Source: Felis catus (taxonomy: Eukaryota). From it: DNA of 64,000 nt. Numbering within the stretch: the first letter of the stretch is position 1; every line of letters starts with the position of its first letter. Position numbers and translations under genes: made by a program. Where the stretch lies: assembly GCF_018350175.1 (NCBI RefSeq), contig NC_058368.1:120902001-120966000 (forward strand), read 5' to 3'. Shown here piece by piece: positions 1 through 14,314 of the stretch. The notes beneath the pieces are model-generated. The model was not told the origin of the DNA. It made no database searches and worked only from the letters and a program-made list of their open reading frames with translations.

Positions 1-33
1 AGTGCCAAGGTCAGATGTGAGTTTATCATAGAA

Positions 34-258
34 CAAGTTTTTTCATCCTCAGGTCAACTGACAATTTGGACTGGTTAAACCTTTATTGAGGGTGGAGGTG
101 TCTTGTGCTTTGTAGAGTGTTCAGCAGCATCCTTGGCCTCCTACCCCCTAGATGCTAATAGCATTACCCACTTCTGAGTTATGACACTGAAAATGTCTCC
201 ATACATTGCCCAATCTCTCCTGGGCGGGGGGAGACTGCACCTGCTTGAGAGCCACAGC
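34..258. mobile_element. MER20-like hAT-Charlie non-autonomous DNA transposon relic
   Basis: Resembles recalled MER20 consensus: agcagcatccttggcctc...tagatgctaatagca...aaaatgtctccatacattgcc...ttgagagccac; ~220 bp. Confidence 0.7.
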
Positions 259-339
259 TACAGAGGATTCAAGAGAGCATAAATAAAGGTTGGAAATAAA
301 TAAAGATTGGAAGCCCCAAGCTGACACAAATTATTGGTA

Positions 340-690
340 ACCACAAACCTATATCTCTCACATCTCCAGCTAGACAAATTCTCTTACTTCTGGCTCTTGA
401 ATTTAACTGCTAAAATCTCTACTTGAACGTTCCAAAGACACTTCAGTGTCACCATGTTCCAAATGACCTCATGACCTCCCATCCCTAGAATCTTTTCCTT
501 CTTCATGACTCCCAGTGTCAGTGAATGCACCATATTAGAAAACTAGGATTCATTCCTTACTTCTTCTCCCTCATCTCCAGCATACAATCAACAGTTCTTT
601 CTGATTTTTACCACCAAGTATCTCTTGAGGCATTTACTTTTTAATATCGCTGCCACTTTGGTTCAAATCAGCAAGAGCTCTCTTAGGCCT
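340..690 (+). mobile_element. Degraded L2 LINE fragment
   Basis: L2-like motifs (catctccagctaga, ccatgttccaaa, gaaaactaggattcattcctt, gctgccactttggttcaa); boundaries approximate. Confidence 0.5.
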
Positions 691-699
691 GCTCCCAAT

Positions 700-1105
700 G
701 TGCAGGCTGCAAAGGCTCAGTACTTATTTTCCAGGTTCCCTTGCAAGTAAAGGTAGTCATGTGACTAATTCCTGACTAGTGAGACCTTACTGGGGTGAGG
801 GGGAGACTTCAGAAAGTTCAGGAAGACGTTGTCCTCTTAATAAAAATCACGAAGGTTCTGATATTGTCCTTTGACTTCTTCCAACCACTTTGAATACAGA
901 CTTCCTGTCCCAAGTTGAAACAATCACTCTGTGACCATGAGGGAAAGGCCACTGGAATCAACAGAGCTGAGCTCATTTTTGAACCATTAAACCAATGTAC
1001 CATAGCTACCTGGCTCCCATTATGGACATATATAAAAAACACAATTCCCATCTTGTGTACATTGCTGTGAGTTTTCTCTTCCTTATAGACACTTTCCTCA
1101 CTGAT
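700..1105 (+). mobile_element. MaLR (MLT1-type) solo LTR relic
   Basis: ttttccaggttcccttgcaagtaaaggtagtcatgtgac and ctgtgaccatgagggaaaggcc resemble MLT1J-like consensus. Confidence 0.5.
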
Positions 1106-2436
1106 CTACTACCTTTGTGATTTTGAACAAGGTGTTTAAGAGAATTCGTTATTTCTTGATTTGTCCATGTATAAATGATGATAACATCCTAATCATTGGG
1201 CTGATAGGATAGCGTGAGGTCTGAAAAGGGCAACACTTGATGGTAAACATATAATGGTAGTAATTTTTAAATTACAACACTGGAACTCTTTGGCCTCTTT
1301 AGGTCCCAGCTCGCCCTGTTCACATGTATTTCACAAAGATAACCACATCACAAATAGCAGATAAGAAGTAGTGCCTTGGGTTCCCATGAAGACCGGGACA
1401 AGGTGCCTGCTTGCTATCAGGGACAATTTCCACTGCTGGCTATCAGGAGAGCAGTTAGAGGCTGAAACCACTTCTGAATCAAGGGGGCACCTGCCTGAAA
1501 TCGCCTTTGAGCTTCCAGGATCCTGGTGATATGGTTTGCTCGCTTCTTGCATCACCTACCTTAGCCAGCCTTCTTTGCCTTGCTTCTGGGCATCTATAAA
1601 TTACATTGCCTCTTGACAGATATGGCATGTTTTGTGTGGAGCTGCTGAGTTTCAAAACCGGGCACCTCCAGGCTGCCCATGCGGGAATAGGTCTTCTAAT
1701 CAGCTGCACTGACTCCACGTGAAGACTTTGCAAAAGGGAAAATACAACCTCAGGCTGAAGATGAGATGACAGGACGCCCAGAGTTTTCCTAGTTTAATTT
1801 GTGAGGCTTCCCCACCAGCATGTCCAGAGGAAAAAAAAAAAAAAAAAAAACCAGAGTAGTCGGGAAACAAAAAAATAGAAAAGAAAATGAGTGAAATTGG
1901 CTTGTAGGAGAGTGTCAGTTTGTCAACTGTTCTAGGAAATGGTTGGCATCACCTCTGCTTTGTCTCCAGCCCTCTGAAATTATTTTTAGCTCTTGGTAAA
2001 ACGGGTTCATTCTTCCTTCCTTTCATATCAAATGCTGTGCTGGAATGCAATCAAGCGTATGGTCAGAGCTGAGAGTCACATCAGAGGTGCTTCTGAATAA
2101 GACCAAGTCTGAGATGCGGCCTTTTCCAAGGCATCTTACTGCAGAGCCCTCAGAGACTTGGAGGATGACAAAACAAAACAAAACAAAAAACAAACAAACA
2201 AAAAAACCCTGGAACCTGTTGCAGCTTTCGGTCCTATTAGAAAGCAACATGAAAGGGGAGGAAAAATTTCTGCATAATATTTGATATTTTCCTAAGGAGT
2301 CTGGGAGCAGGTGGGATGGGAGAAGGGGCAAAGAGAGGGAGAGAGAATGTTGTTTTCATATATGACACAACAAATTCATGGCACTAGTCAGACACATGTC
2401 AACAGCATTCTTTTTGGAGGAGATGACTATTCAGGG

Positions 2437-2636
2437 TTTTTTTTTAATTTTTAAATGTTTTTATTTATTTTTGAGAGAGAGACAGAGTGTGAGCAGGGGA
2501 GCGGCACAGAGAGAGAGGGAAACACAGAATCCAAAACAGACTCCAGGCTCTGAGCTGTCAGCACAGAGCCCAACATGGGGCTCGAACTCATGAGCTGAAG
2601 TTGGACACTTAACCAACTAAGCCACCCAGATGCCCC
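2437..2636 (-). mobile_element. Can-SINE (SINEC_Fc type) with ~20-bp internal deletion
   Basis: T-rich tail, (GA)n, reverse complement of ggggc..ctgggtggct head; degenerate TSD gactattcag/gacttttcag (2425/2637). Confidence 0.95.
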
Positions 2637-3758
2637 GACTTTTCAGTTTTGAGTGTGAACCAGGCTTACTTGTTTTATGTAGAACATTTATTCTATTTAA
2701 TACTCAAAATAGCCCCATGAGGTGGGTGAAAATGTTTCCATTGAACAGATGTGTTTGGAGAAGTTAGGTCACTTGTTTGGGTCATGCAGGTAACACATAC
2801 CTTCCCAGTGTGATGTAACTACTTATTGGTGAGGGCAGATGCAGTCTGCTAAATCCATCCTTAGTGCTCTGAACTTTAAAGACATGATCACAACACGTCT
2901 AAGGGTTGGATATTGTTATCTCCAATTTTTCAGCAAGGAAACAAATTCTGAGAGGTTAAGAAATTGGTTATGTAGCTTGGGGCAAGGTGCTTGATGTTAT
3001 CCGAGCCTCCATTTCTGCAACAGGAAAAGGAAGAAAACAGCCTCTCCTTTATCATGTTAACTTGTTATGATGAACAAAATGAAGGAGGATGGTGAAAGAA
3101 GCAAAAGGTTGGGTTTCTATCCTTAGAGCCCAGACAAACCAAAACAGCTTGGGAGATGATCAATACCATGATGACTATGCACTTCACGCATAGCTATTAC
3201 TTACGATTCCAGCAGAATTCCTTTTTCAGAGGTGGCAAAATAGAAAGGCAGAGTGGTTACGACAAGCCTTGGTCCAGAAAGCCTAGATCATGGATGTTCA
3301 GACTTGTGGAATTTTCCACCATTGTGCAGGGCAGCCCAAGTGACCACTCTTCTCTGAAAAGGCACTTAGGAAGCCAAAGCAAAAATAACAGCTTCCTGTA
3401 GCAGAGCAGTTGAGATCATGGGCTCAAGAAATCAGGCCAGTGTAGTCCTGGCTCTCCCACTTAAAAACTGTTGGGTAAGAATTTTATCTGTAAGATAAAC
3501 ATGATAAATTAATTGTGGTTGTTCAGTGAGAAAGTGTATGTAGCATGCTCTGCAACCTGCCTGGCTCAGAGCACATAATCAACAAATAGCCATTGTTGCC
3601 AACCCATATCACAGAGACCCAGCCTTTCCCATGACACGCACTCAAGTTTTCCAGCAGGATGGATGGTGCCTACTCCATCTATTACCTATTGCATGAATTC
3701 TAGCGTTTGACCTTAAGTGAGTGAGCCTCTTAAAAGCTTTTCCAGGGATTACATTTCT

Positions 3759-3797
3759 TAAAAAAAAAAAAAAGGTTTTTTTTAATGTTTCTTTATT

Positions 3798-3841
<44 letters not shown>

Positions 3842-4003
3842 CATGAGTGGGGCAGGGGCAGAGAGCGAGGGAGACACAGAATCTGAGGCAGGCTCCAGGC
3901 TCTGAGCTGTCAGCACAGAGCCCGACATGGGGCTCAAACCCAGGAACCATGAGATGATGAGCTGAGGTCGGACACTTAACCAACTGAGCCACCCAGGCGC
4001 TCC
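3759..4003 (-). mobile_element. Can-SINE with expanded (GA)n
   Basis: TSD tccagggattacatttct (3741-3758) / tccatggattacacttct (4004-4021). Confidence 0.95.
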
Positions 4004-5849
4004 TCCATGGATTACACTTCTAAATTTGGACTCATTAAGGCCAGTATTCAAATTGTGCTCTAATATTTCCAACGTGGGGAGACAAATTGCCATTCCAAAA
4101 AGGACCCAAAGACAGGGCAGATGCTCTCCCACAGAATGACATCCAGTGATATTGTGGTAAAATATGGCTTGCTGACCCTCCCAGGCCAGGGACTCCCTGC
4201 TTGTTTTCTCCTTTGACTCACATCATTTGTTGGTGCACCCTTGAGATGCTGAAGAGAATTGACTCATTTTAGGAAGAATGTGTATGTTGTCTGATATGGG
4301 AGCACGTGAGCCAAGAACATGAAGAAAAGAAGTTAGGTGCATATACGTGTCTACTCCACACAATCCTATAGGGACAGATACATTTTCCTTCTCTTTATTT
4401 GATTAATAACATATTTACAAAATTAAAATAATGTTTAAAACATTTAATCATCATTCCATAAGTGGAGAATAAAAGTTTCTGCTTTGGCTTGCCACTCACC
4501 TATCCTAATAGTTGTTTTGTGTAACCTTCTAAAATTTTTCTAAGCATATCAAGTTTGTATTGTTTATCTCAAAATCAAATGATACTGAAAAAAAAGATTT
4601 ATCTACATATAATCTTCATATGCTCCTTACCACTCAGGTATATATACATATATAAAATGTATGTTTGAGCAAGAGTAATGGTAGCCTAGAGACTCAGAAA
4701 TGGAATATGTTGGCCAAAGGGAAGGTGCATTTTAAATTTGAATGCAAATGCCAAATTACTCTTGGGAAAAACTGTATATTCACTCTCCCAGTTAACAAGA
4801 GTGACTGTTTTCTTCAACCCTTGCCATAAAAGCATTATTATACTACTTAATTTTGGAATCTTTACAAAAATGGGAGAATTGAGTATATATAGGAGGCTAA
4901 TACTAATTGGAGGTCAATTCTAAAATAAGAATTAACTTCATTTTGTCTAAAGTAGGAGAACTGACTCTGGGGTGAATTCTTGCTCTTGGCCTTAATTTAT
5001 TCTTTTGCCGAAATAGTGCTGTCGGGTTGATTTCTTACCTACTTCATGGGAAACTTAATTCATTAGTACAGTTCTTCTGGGAGGCAGACACTTCCGAAAT
5101 AGGCATAGAATCTTCTAAAAAACAAAACAAAGGTTTAATCTAGCTCTCAAAGTGTGTTCTCAAAATGGTATTTTACTGAGGTCTGATGGAAAAGTGTGAC
5201 CATATAGTTAAGGATTGATTTAGAGATTGTTTCACAACCTAAAACAATGCTTGGGGGAACAGAACCCAGTAAAAAGGAAGGCTACAAAGTGTCCCACAGC
5301 ACTCAAGTGTGAGCAGTCCACCTCGGAATGCAGCCATATGCCAGCTTAACCTATACAGCTTATGTGATAACAGGGACCCAGGTTCTGTTGATCCACTTGT
5401 TTCCAGGGAGAACATAGGGGAAATTGAGTTGAAACAGCTCAGAAATAAACGTCCCATCTGAGTTCCCCATTAACAAACTTTTTCATTGTTCTACAAGGCT
5501 TCCCCTGTCTGGGCTAAGTCTACCTTTCCCATATTACTACATGCCACTCTCCATCTTTAGGCAAGTATTGTGTATATATCATCTCCTTTAATCCTTAAAG
5601 AATTTACAATGTTTATTCCCACTCCATACATAACAACACTGAGGCTTAGGTCATATGCTGCTGGAGGTTGACTCCAAATGCTTTGTTCTCATCTGTATTA
5701 CATCATAGGTGTAATCGTCCTCCCCAATTCTCCCACCTTGACGTTTACACATTTATTCATTTAAGGCAATGATTAACTGAAAATATGGTGAGAGACTAAC
5801 ATTGAACTGAAAAATAGAGATGTAAGTGTTCATAAGAATACAGGTTTCT

Positions 5850-6200
5850 GGAACATATTTATTCAACCAAGATTTATTGAGCCCTTACCCTGTGGCAGGT
5901 GGTGCTCCAGCTGCGGTTAAAGGAGTCAGTAAGACAGGGAAAATCCTCGCTCACATTCTTAGTGGAGATAAACATGATAGAGAAGTAAGCCAGCAAATTA
6001 ATTAATTAAATCTATACCATGTACAAAACAAAAATGCTTAATGAATTAGAGAGTCACTGGGGATGGGTGAGTTGGGGTCATGTACCCCAGTGTATATGGG
6101 AGTCCATGTACATTGGGAATGCATTGGCCAGAGAGGCCCTCTGTGAGGAGGTTACACTGAAACTGAAGATAAAAGGAGCTAGCTATGAGCAGTCTGGTAG
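5850..6200 (-). mobile_element. Degraded L2 3' fragment
   Basis: attcaaccaagatttattgagccc...tgtggcagg...gaggccctctgtgaggaggttacact match the reverse strand of the L2 3' end. Confidence 0.55.
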
Positions 6201-6219
6201 ATTGGATGATGGGTCTTGG

Positions 6220-6365
6220 TGATTTACTGCTCTGTAATAAGATTACATATCCATCCCATTTGCCACGTGACTTTGCAGAACACTTCCACTGTGAGTGGAA
6301 TGTAGTTTCTTGCCCCTCTGATGCTGAGCATAGTCATATGACTTATTTTGGTCAATGGATATTGT
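6220..6365 (+). mobile_element. MaLR (MLT1-type) LTR 5' fragment
   Basis: ttgccacgtgactttgcag...catagtcatatgacttattttggtcaatgga is typical of MLT1 LTRs. Confidence 0.5.
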
Positions 6366-7510
6366 CAATAGGATATTGTCAAGAATAAGAAAGAATGGAG
6401 ACCAGATAAGAAGTCACTACACTAATCTGGCAAAAGATAATTATGGCATATAGAGTTATTGGGGATGTGCATTGTTGAGATCATCCAGAAGGGGGGAACA
6501 CTGAAAACTGACATCTAACTCAGACTTGGCCTACTCCAGAGGGAGTACCTTTTGCTTACTTGTGTGAAAGCATCATTTCACCTAGGGGTAGCTTTGGCAG
6601 TGATAGTGGCTTGCATCGGGTGGTAGTAGATCTGTGTCATTTCTTTCCCCTTTTTCGGTTACTTGATGAGCCCTCTGGATCAGAAGGGAAGTCTTCACCA
6701 GGGAAGGAAATGTATCAGATAAAGCATATAATATGTATAGAAATAGTATGTTTGCAAAGGTATCCATTTGCCTTTATTAAAATTCTTGGAAACATTCTTC
6801 ATGTTATTGAAAGAGAACATACCAAATTAGTGGGTTTGGGAGAATACGGTATGCTTGCTTCGATACGTAAAAACAGAGGCCAAGTGTGGCCAATGAAACT
6901 GTAGAGTTTATAAGTTCTGGTATCCCAAATGTGAGGTGAACAGGAACATAGGTCACCCATTTGGGGAAGGTCTGGGTGGGTTCTCAGCTGCATGGACACC
7001 CTTCCCCAGTAGCCCATGTTAAATGGACTCATTAGATAATAATATGATTAGATAAGCCATATGCAAATGAAGTCAGAAGTCATCTAGAGGGACAGAGGTA
7101 TGAAGAGAGCTGCCAATCTTTGAGGGAGGATCTCAGTTGGATCTAGAAATGGTGATTGGAAGACAAGAAAGGAGATTATGAGGAAGGATTCAGTTACTAA
7201 CTAAAAGGGACATGCTGAGTCTGTGTGTTCAAGTGTGTCTCCCTTGGGCAACTGTGCCAACTGGACAAATGAACCAGGTGTTTGTGACTCCATGTTGCCT
7301 CTCCTGTCCCGCCAGTTTTCATCTATGCTTTGGAATAAATTTCAAGGGAGACAATATCACCCATCTTACCTTGAAAGATAAAACTCTTCTAGAAAATATG
7401 TGCTCTGTTTGGAATGAAGTGAATTTATTAGCTTGTGTTTATCAAGTATCTACTGTGGGCCAATTACTGTGCTAAGTCTTCAATCTTCATGTCAACCTCC
7501 AGAATATATG

Positions 7511-7722
7511 TTTTTTTTTTTTAACGTTTATTTATTTTTGAGCAAGAGAGACAGAACATGAGCAAGGGCTGGGCAGAGAGAGAGGGAGACACAGAATCCA
7601 AAGAAGGCTCCACCCTCTGAGATGTCAGCACAGAGCCTGATGTGGGGCTCAAACTCATGAACCATGAGGTCATGACCTGAGCCAAAGTTGGATGCTTAAC
7701 TGACTGAGACACCCAAGTGCCC
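7511..7722 (-). mobile_element. Can-SINE inserted in a MIR
   Basis: TSD ccagaatatatgtttt (7499-7514) / ccagaatttatgtttt (7723-7738); MIR-like sequence (aaactgagg...cccaaggtcacagc) continues on the right. Confidence 0.95.
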
Positions 7723-9829
7723 CCAGAATTTATGTTTTATTGCTTCCACTTGATAGACCGAAAAACTGAGGTTTGGTGAGGTTAGGTTGATCCAGCCCAA
7801 GGTCACAGCCAGGCTCTGTTCTCTGGACTGTTATTGCCACAGTAACAGGTTACTGCTCTGAGATTCTTGGCTGCTCACTGTGCAATGTGGCGGTGACATT
7901 GTACTACAGTTCAGCAGTTCAAAGCATTGAGGTCAGTCTTCCTGGATTTGAATTCTGACTCCACCACTTGGGCAAATTGGGCAAGCCCCTCTAAGCCTCA
8001 TTTTCTTCATTTCAGAAATGGGTATCAAACCTTACTACAGAGCCTGGACCAATGTAATGGCAGGTGATTTTTCTTTTTCTTATTTTTCATCGTGTGCTGG
8101 GAGATTCTCAGTGCTTCCACTGGAAACATCAAATAGCTTTCCAGAGACTTTGAATTCAAGGCAGAGACTAAACCTACGGTGTGTCCCCCAAACTAGCACA
8201 CTGGCTCCACAAGCACGAAAGTATGACATGAGCAAATGAATTTTGAAAATAACCCTTACAGGATTGCAAGGCAAACGAGCATGTTAAAAATGGTGAAGCC
8301 TCGTAATAAAGAAATTTTGTTAGGTTTATTGTTTCCTACATTGGTTCAGCCTCAGAAACACTTAATGCTGTGACTTAGTACACAGGACCAGAAAACTCCT
8401 GGGTTTGAATGCTAGTCCATTATGTTTTGTCACCTTCGTCAAGTACCTTAACTTCTCTATGCCTTTGTTTTCTCATCTGTAAAACATAACAATAACAGCA
8501 CTTTCTTTGTACGGTACTGTGGGGATGAAGTTAATGGAAAGTGACTGGCAACCAGTAGACTCTAAATTAATATGAGCTCATTATTATCATGACTATTTGC
8601 TTACAAGTATGCACATTGATACCGTGTATACGTTTATGTAGTCCAAATATTTGTTTCTGTGTTTTATCACTGTTAACAGTGTGTGCCTTTTTACTATATG
8701 TGGCTATATAGTGTGGAATTAGGTGGATGGATACATAAGAGTAGGAAAGAGAGCCTTACAATTGCTTGGAGGATTAAATAGGGTCATGGACTTGGGGAAA
8801 TAGAAAGTTCCACACTAGTGAAATAGTTTTTATCCCTCTTACTGGAGCTTTCAAACACCAGGTGATGGGGGAATTGGGTTGTGTCACACGCCTCTGGCCA
8901 GAGTCCTGCTGTCATTAACCTCCCAACTTTGAGGACCCCTCAGTCTTCAATCCCTTGTGAGTTCCCTTCCCCCCAATCTGCTGCTTCTAAGAGCTCCTGC
9001 CAGAGGCAAAGAAATTAAAGCTTATTTGAACAAAGTGTGTAGTGCATGAGTCATATCTACCCTTCTTTTAGTGAAAGATCAAAATAGGTTTGGGGATCCT
9101 GGTAGTGACCCTATCTCTCAGCACTTATTTGAAGTCTGTATTAATGATATCTATCCAGATATGGCTGAAATGGAATTTCTGGGGATCAAGAGCTAGAAAA
9201 TAATTAATTTGCTTTTTTGCATCACCACTGGAGAGTACAATCATGGCTACTGATTACCTTGTGATAACTGTTATTAATAAACGAATGTGCTTATTAATTC
9301 ATTATATATGTAACAAGTGGTTATCAGGTACTATTCTAAGCTCTGGAAGAGCAAAAAGATGAATGAGGCTTGGTCTCTGCCCTTGAGAATCTCCAAATTC
9401 AGTTGGGAAGAAAATTGCATATGAGCAAATAACTTGACATCAAGGTGATTTTCCAAATGTGTAATAGATATGTAGCAGGGTAAAAGCTATTAACCTGGCA
9501 GTGGTTACAATACCATTACTGCTTCGATACCACTTCCTGGTCCCTCTACCTTAATTCCCTCCTTCTATCCCCTAAAGAGTCTGCCTCTGCCAGATAATTT
9601 CTCAGGGTGTATGTGAGAGACAGAGACTGTGAGGGAAAGAAGGCTGCAGAACTGGAAAGTGTATGGAGGAGAACAAAAGAAAGACTTGGTGGAGAGATTT
9701 AAGTCTTATTCATATAATAAAGATGGGAGAGAAGAAAGAAGAAAATAAAGTGTTGAGATAAAGTAGGAGAGGCTTCATGATAAACAGGGAGTCTGGTGTT
9801 TGAGGGATACTTAGAATTAGGATATGAGA

Positions 9830-11628
9830 AGACCTCAAGAAAGTAGGGATAGTAGGATCATACCTCAAGATCATAAAAACTATATATGAAAGACCCAAAG
9901 CTAGTATCACCCTCAATGGGGAAAAACTAGAAACTTTCCCCCTAAGATCAGGAACATGACAAGGATGTCCACTCTCACCGCTGTTAATCAACATAGTGTT
10001 GGAAGTCCTAGCCATAGAAATCAGACAACACAAAGGAATAAAAGACATCCAAATCAGCAAGGAGGAATTCAAACTTTAACTCTTCACAGGTGACATGTGG
10101 AAAACCAAAAAGACTCCACCAAAAAACTGCTAGAACTGATACATCAATTCAGCAAAGTCACAGGATATAAAACAAATACTCAGAAATCAGTTGCATTTTG
10201 ATACACCAACAATGAAGCAGCAGAAAGAGAAATCAAGGAGTCAATCCCACTTATGATTGTGCCAAAAACCATAAAATACCTAGAAATAGACCTAACCAAA
10301 GAGGTAAAAAATCTATACACTGAAAACTATATAAAGCTTATGAAAAAAAATTGAAGAAAACACAAAAAAAATGGAAAAAGATTCCATGCTCAAAGATTGA
10401 AAGAACAAATATTGTTAAAATGTTGATACTGCCCAAAGCAATCTATACATTCAGTGGAATCCCTATCAAAATAACACCAGCATTCTTTACAGATCTAGAA
10501 CAAACAGTCCTAAAATTTGTATAAAACCACAAAAGATCCTGAATAGCCAAAATAATGTTGAAAAAGAACACCAAAGCTGGGGTCATCACAATTCCAGACT
10601 TCAAGCTGTATTACAAAGCTATAATCAACACAGTATGGTACCGGTACAAAAACAGACACAAAGATCAATGGAACAGAATAGAGAACCCAGAAATGGACCC
10701 ACAAATGTATGGCCAACTAATCTATGACAAAGCAGGAAAGAATATCCAGTGGAATAAAGACAGTCTCTTCAGCAAATGGTGTGGGGAAAACTGGACAGTG
10801 ACCTGAAGAACCTGGACCACTTTATTATACCATACACAAAAATAAACTCAAAATGGATGAAAGACCTAAATATAAGACAGGAATCCATCAAAATCCCATA
10901 GGAGAAAATAGGCAACAACCTTTTTGACCTTGGCCACAGCAGCTTCTTACTCAACATGTCTCCGGAGGCAAGGGAAATGAGCAAAAATGAACTATGGGGA
11001 CTTCATCAAGATAAAAACCTTCTGCACACCAAAGGAAACAATCAGTAAAACTAAAAGGCAACTGATAGAAAGGGAGAAGATATTTGCAAATGACATATCA
11101 GATAAAGGGTTAGTATCCAAAATCTATAAAGAACTTCTCAAAATCAACACCCCAAAAAACAATCTAGTGAAGAAACGGGCAAAAGACATGAATAGACACT
11201 TCTCCAAAGAATACATCCAAATAGTTAACAGACACACGAAAAGATGCTCAGTATCACTCATCATCAGGGAAATACAAATCAAAACGACAATGAGATACCA
11301 CCTCATACCTGTCAGAATGGCTAAAATGAACAATTCAGGCAACAACAGATGTTGTCTAGGATACAAAGAAAGAGGAACCCTTACACACTTCTGGTGGGAA
11401 TGCAAACTGGTGCAGCCACTCGGGAAAAGAGTATGGAGGTCCTTCAAAAAATTAAAACTAGAACTACCCTACAACCCAGCAATTGCACTACTAGGTATTT
11501 ATCCAAAGGATACAGAGTGCTCTTTTGAAGGGACACATGCACCCCAATGTTTATATCAATGCTATCAACAATATCCATAGTGTGGAAAGAGCCCAAATGG
11601 TGGATGAATGGATAAACAAGATGTGGTG

Positions 11629-11675
<47 letters not shown>

Positions 11676-12098
11676 GAATACTACTTGGCCATCAAAAAGA
11701 ATGAAATCTTCCCATTTGCAACAATGTGGATGGAACTAGAGGGTATTATGCTAAGCAAAATGAGTCAGTCAGAGAAAGATACCATATGATTTCAGTTACA
11801 TGTGGAATTTAAGATACAAAACAGATGAACATAAGGGAAGGGAAGCAAAAATAATATAATAACAGAGAGGGAGATAAACCCTAAAAGCCTCTTAAATACA
11901 GAGAACAAACTGAGGGTTGCTGGAGGGGTGTTTGGTGGGGGGATGGGCTAGATGGGCGATGGGCATTAAGGAGGATACTTATTGGGATAAGCACTGAGTG
12001 TTATATGTAAGTGATGAATCACTAAATTCTACTCCCTAAATCATTATTATACTCTATGTTAACTTACTTGGATTTAAATTTAAAAATACAAATAAAAA
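9830..12098 (+). mobile_element. 5'-truncated LINE-1 (ORF2 RT to C-terminus, 3'UTR, A-tail)
   Basis: ORFs 10555-10806 and 10987-11580 translate as L1 ORF2; colinear with 22713-24933; TSD aattaggatatgaga (9815-9829) / aattacaatatgaga (12099-12113). Confidence 0.97.
11632..11673. repeat. (CA)n microsatellite inside L1
   Basis: ~21 perfect AC units. Confidence 0.98.
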
Positions 12099-13738
12099 AA
12101 TTACAATATGAGATTATTTATTTATTTATTTGCGTGTGATGGCTGTGCTTGTTCATCTGTGAGATCTCTCTAAGACTGAACCATATGAGTCATGGCCTAT
12201 AGAGGGCTTTAGAAATGGAGTCTCAGAGGATTTCAGAGGAGCTAAAGAGTTGCCAAGAGTAGATGGGCAAGGAAACATCATGGAAGTGATGGCTTTCGAA
12301 CTTGCCCCAAAAGAATGGATGAGTTCTGATATATTGTAATAGAGTCTGTAGGGAGACTATCTCCTGGGCAGGGGATGCTTTCTAAATAAAGTTGCAGAGT
12401 GGAGCACTGTCTTTGGGAGGCTAAAGATATCCCGTCCACTAATCTTTCATTTCTCTAAAAACAAAGTGCATTCTCTTTAAGGGAAAATAAATTAATAAAT
12501 ATATTCTGTATTTTTGCTCTGTGTGACAAATAAAAGTTGCTCTTTTATTAAATAAGTAGTCTGGGTTCTATAGGCAGTAATGAAATAAGACCAGAAAATC
12601 TGGTTGAGGTCAGAAATCAGTGAACTAGTTCTAATACAGCACTGATTTTTGTCACGATATTTCCTTCTTCAATTGAGTTGATAGTGTGGTGACCTGGATT
12701 CTTTGTTTGGCTTTTTGTGGCTGTAAGAAAGAGCCTAAGGGGCATTATCTTTTTCCCATCATGAATGGGCTTACTGGCAGGGTTATTCCAGGAAACCACT
12801 GCAGTTTTAAGGAGGCCATATCCTCTTCTTTCTTGCCTTTGTAAAATCATGAGACAGTCACTTGACGTATGCTCTGCTACCTGAAGCACTGTACCTGGAG
12901 TGAGGGGCTGAAGGACAAGAGAGAATGCTGGAGATGATGTAGGACAGCAGCAGAGGAATTAGCCTCACCTCATAGCTGCTCTGGCTACAAGGCAGTTATC
13001 CTCCTTGGACATCCAGACTTAACTTCGTCCCTTCTCCTTTTGGGTCTAGTGTCCCAACACTCTTTCCTCTCTGCTTCTCTGATAATTTTCCAATAAATCT
13101 CTTGTATCTTAAATTATTCAAAATATATTTGTTACCAGGAATGAAGAACTTCATCTGACCCTTGGGCCCAATGTTCTCCATCATTCTGTGAGCCGACTGA
13201 TATTAGCTCAAAGAGATACCCTGAAGAAAGCCCTTGCTTAGCTCAGAGGGTTGACAAGATGTCCAAGTATTCTACACTCTGCAGTTTTCCACCTTGCTAC
13301 ATAACCTCCCTGGAAGCAAGGGCAGGATAATTGTCATGCTTTTCCAGATATCAGAATGGGAAGTCCTGGGAGGTTAAGTGACAAACCCATGGCACCAGAG
13401 CCAGTCAGTTCTTAATCCAAGATTAAAATTACATGTCTGGCTTACAGGTGTGTTTGCAGAAAGTTCAGCCTATGGAATTTTACACTTGAGCAGAAAGCTT
13501 TTGGCTATGTGTATTGGAAGGAATTAACCTCCTTCAATCAGAAGGAAATGGTGGGAGAGCAACTGAAATCCTTCTGTGATGTCCTTTTGTTGCAGGGTCA
13601 GGAGTTGACACAGCTCAGGTTTGTTTTTCTTAGAACCCAGAAGATACTTGGTGACTCCTTACATCTGTCACTAGTTCTTCTCTTTCTGGGAAGAGTGACC
13701 ACAACATCCTTCAGGCCCTGCAAGACAGCTCAGGACAC

Positions 13739-13920
13739 AGAAAGAAAAGAAAAAAGAAAAGAAAAGAAAAAAGAAAAGAAAAGAAAAGAAAAGGGAAAAG
13801 AGAAAAGAAAAAAAAAGAAAGAAGAAAGGAAGGAAGGAAGAAAAGAAAGAGAAAAGAAAAGAAAAGAAAAGAAAAGAAAAGAAAAGAAAAGAAAAGAAAA
13901 GAAAAGAAAAGAAAAGAAAA
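13739..13920. repeat. Pure polypurine (GAAAA)n compound microsatellite
   Basis: 182 nt of only A/G; 14 perfect GAAAA units at 13851-13920. Confidence 0.98.
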
Positions 13921-14236
13921 TTCTTACTTTTGGCTGATTCAGTGTAGGTGCCTGACACCTGGCTCCACTCTCTCCCTGCTCCTATGAAGGTGATGTCAAG
14001 TGTCTTTGGAGCACCCTGACAATTTCCTCCTCCTTATTAACTAATACTTACCATTTTTTCTTTCCTAATATCAAAGGAAATCATATTTCTATTTTAAAAA
14101 TTGTGAAGTTCAGAAAAACATGCAGCAGAAACTTTTTCATAATATTACTGTTCAGAAATAACCATTTGTGATATCCTAGTCTTTTTTTCTACATACAGGA
14201 TATACAAACACAGATTCATATGACACACATGTATAA

Positions 14237-14239
<3 letters not shown>

Positions 14240-14287
<48 letters not shown>
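14240..14287. repeat. (TA)n microsatellite
   Basis: ~24 TA units. Confidence 0.98.
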
Positions 14288-14292
<5 letters not shown>

Positions 14293-14314
14293 CTTTAAAA
14301 ATAATGTCCATAGA

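Noticed and set aside
280..313. 17-bp tandem duplication (similar one at ~6351-6382)
   Set aside because: Ordinary slippage-type micro-duplication
13509..13958. 142-aa Lys/Glu-rich ORF and antisense Phe/Ser-rich ORF
   Set aside because: Translations of the (GAAAA)n microsatellite
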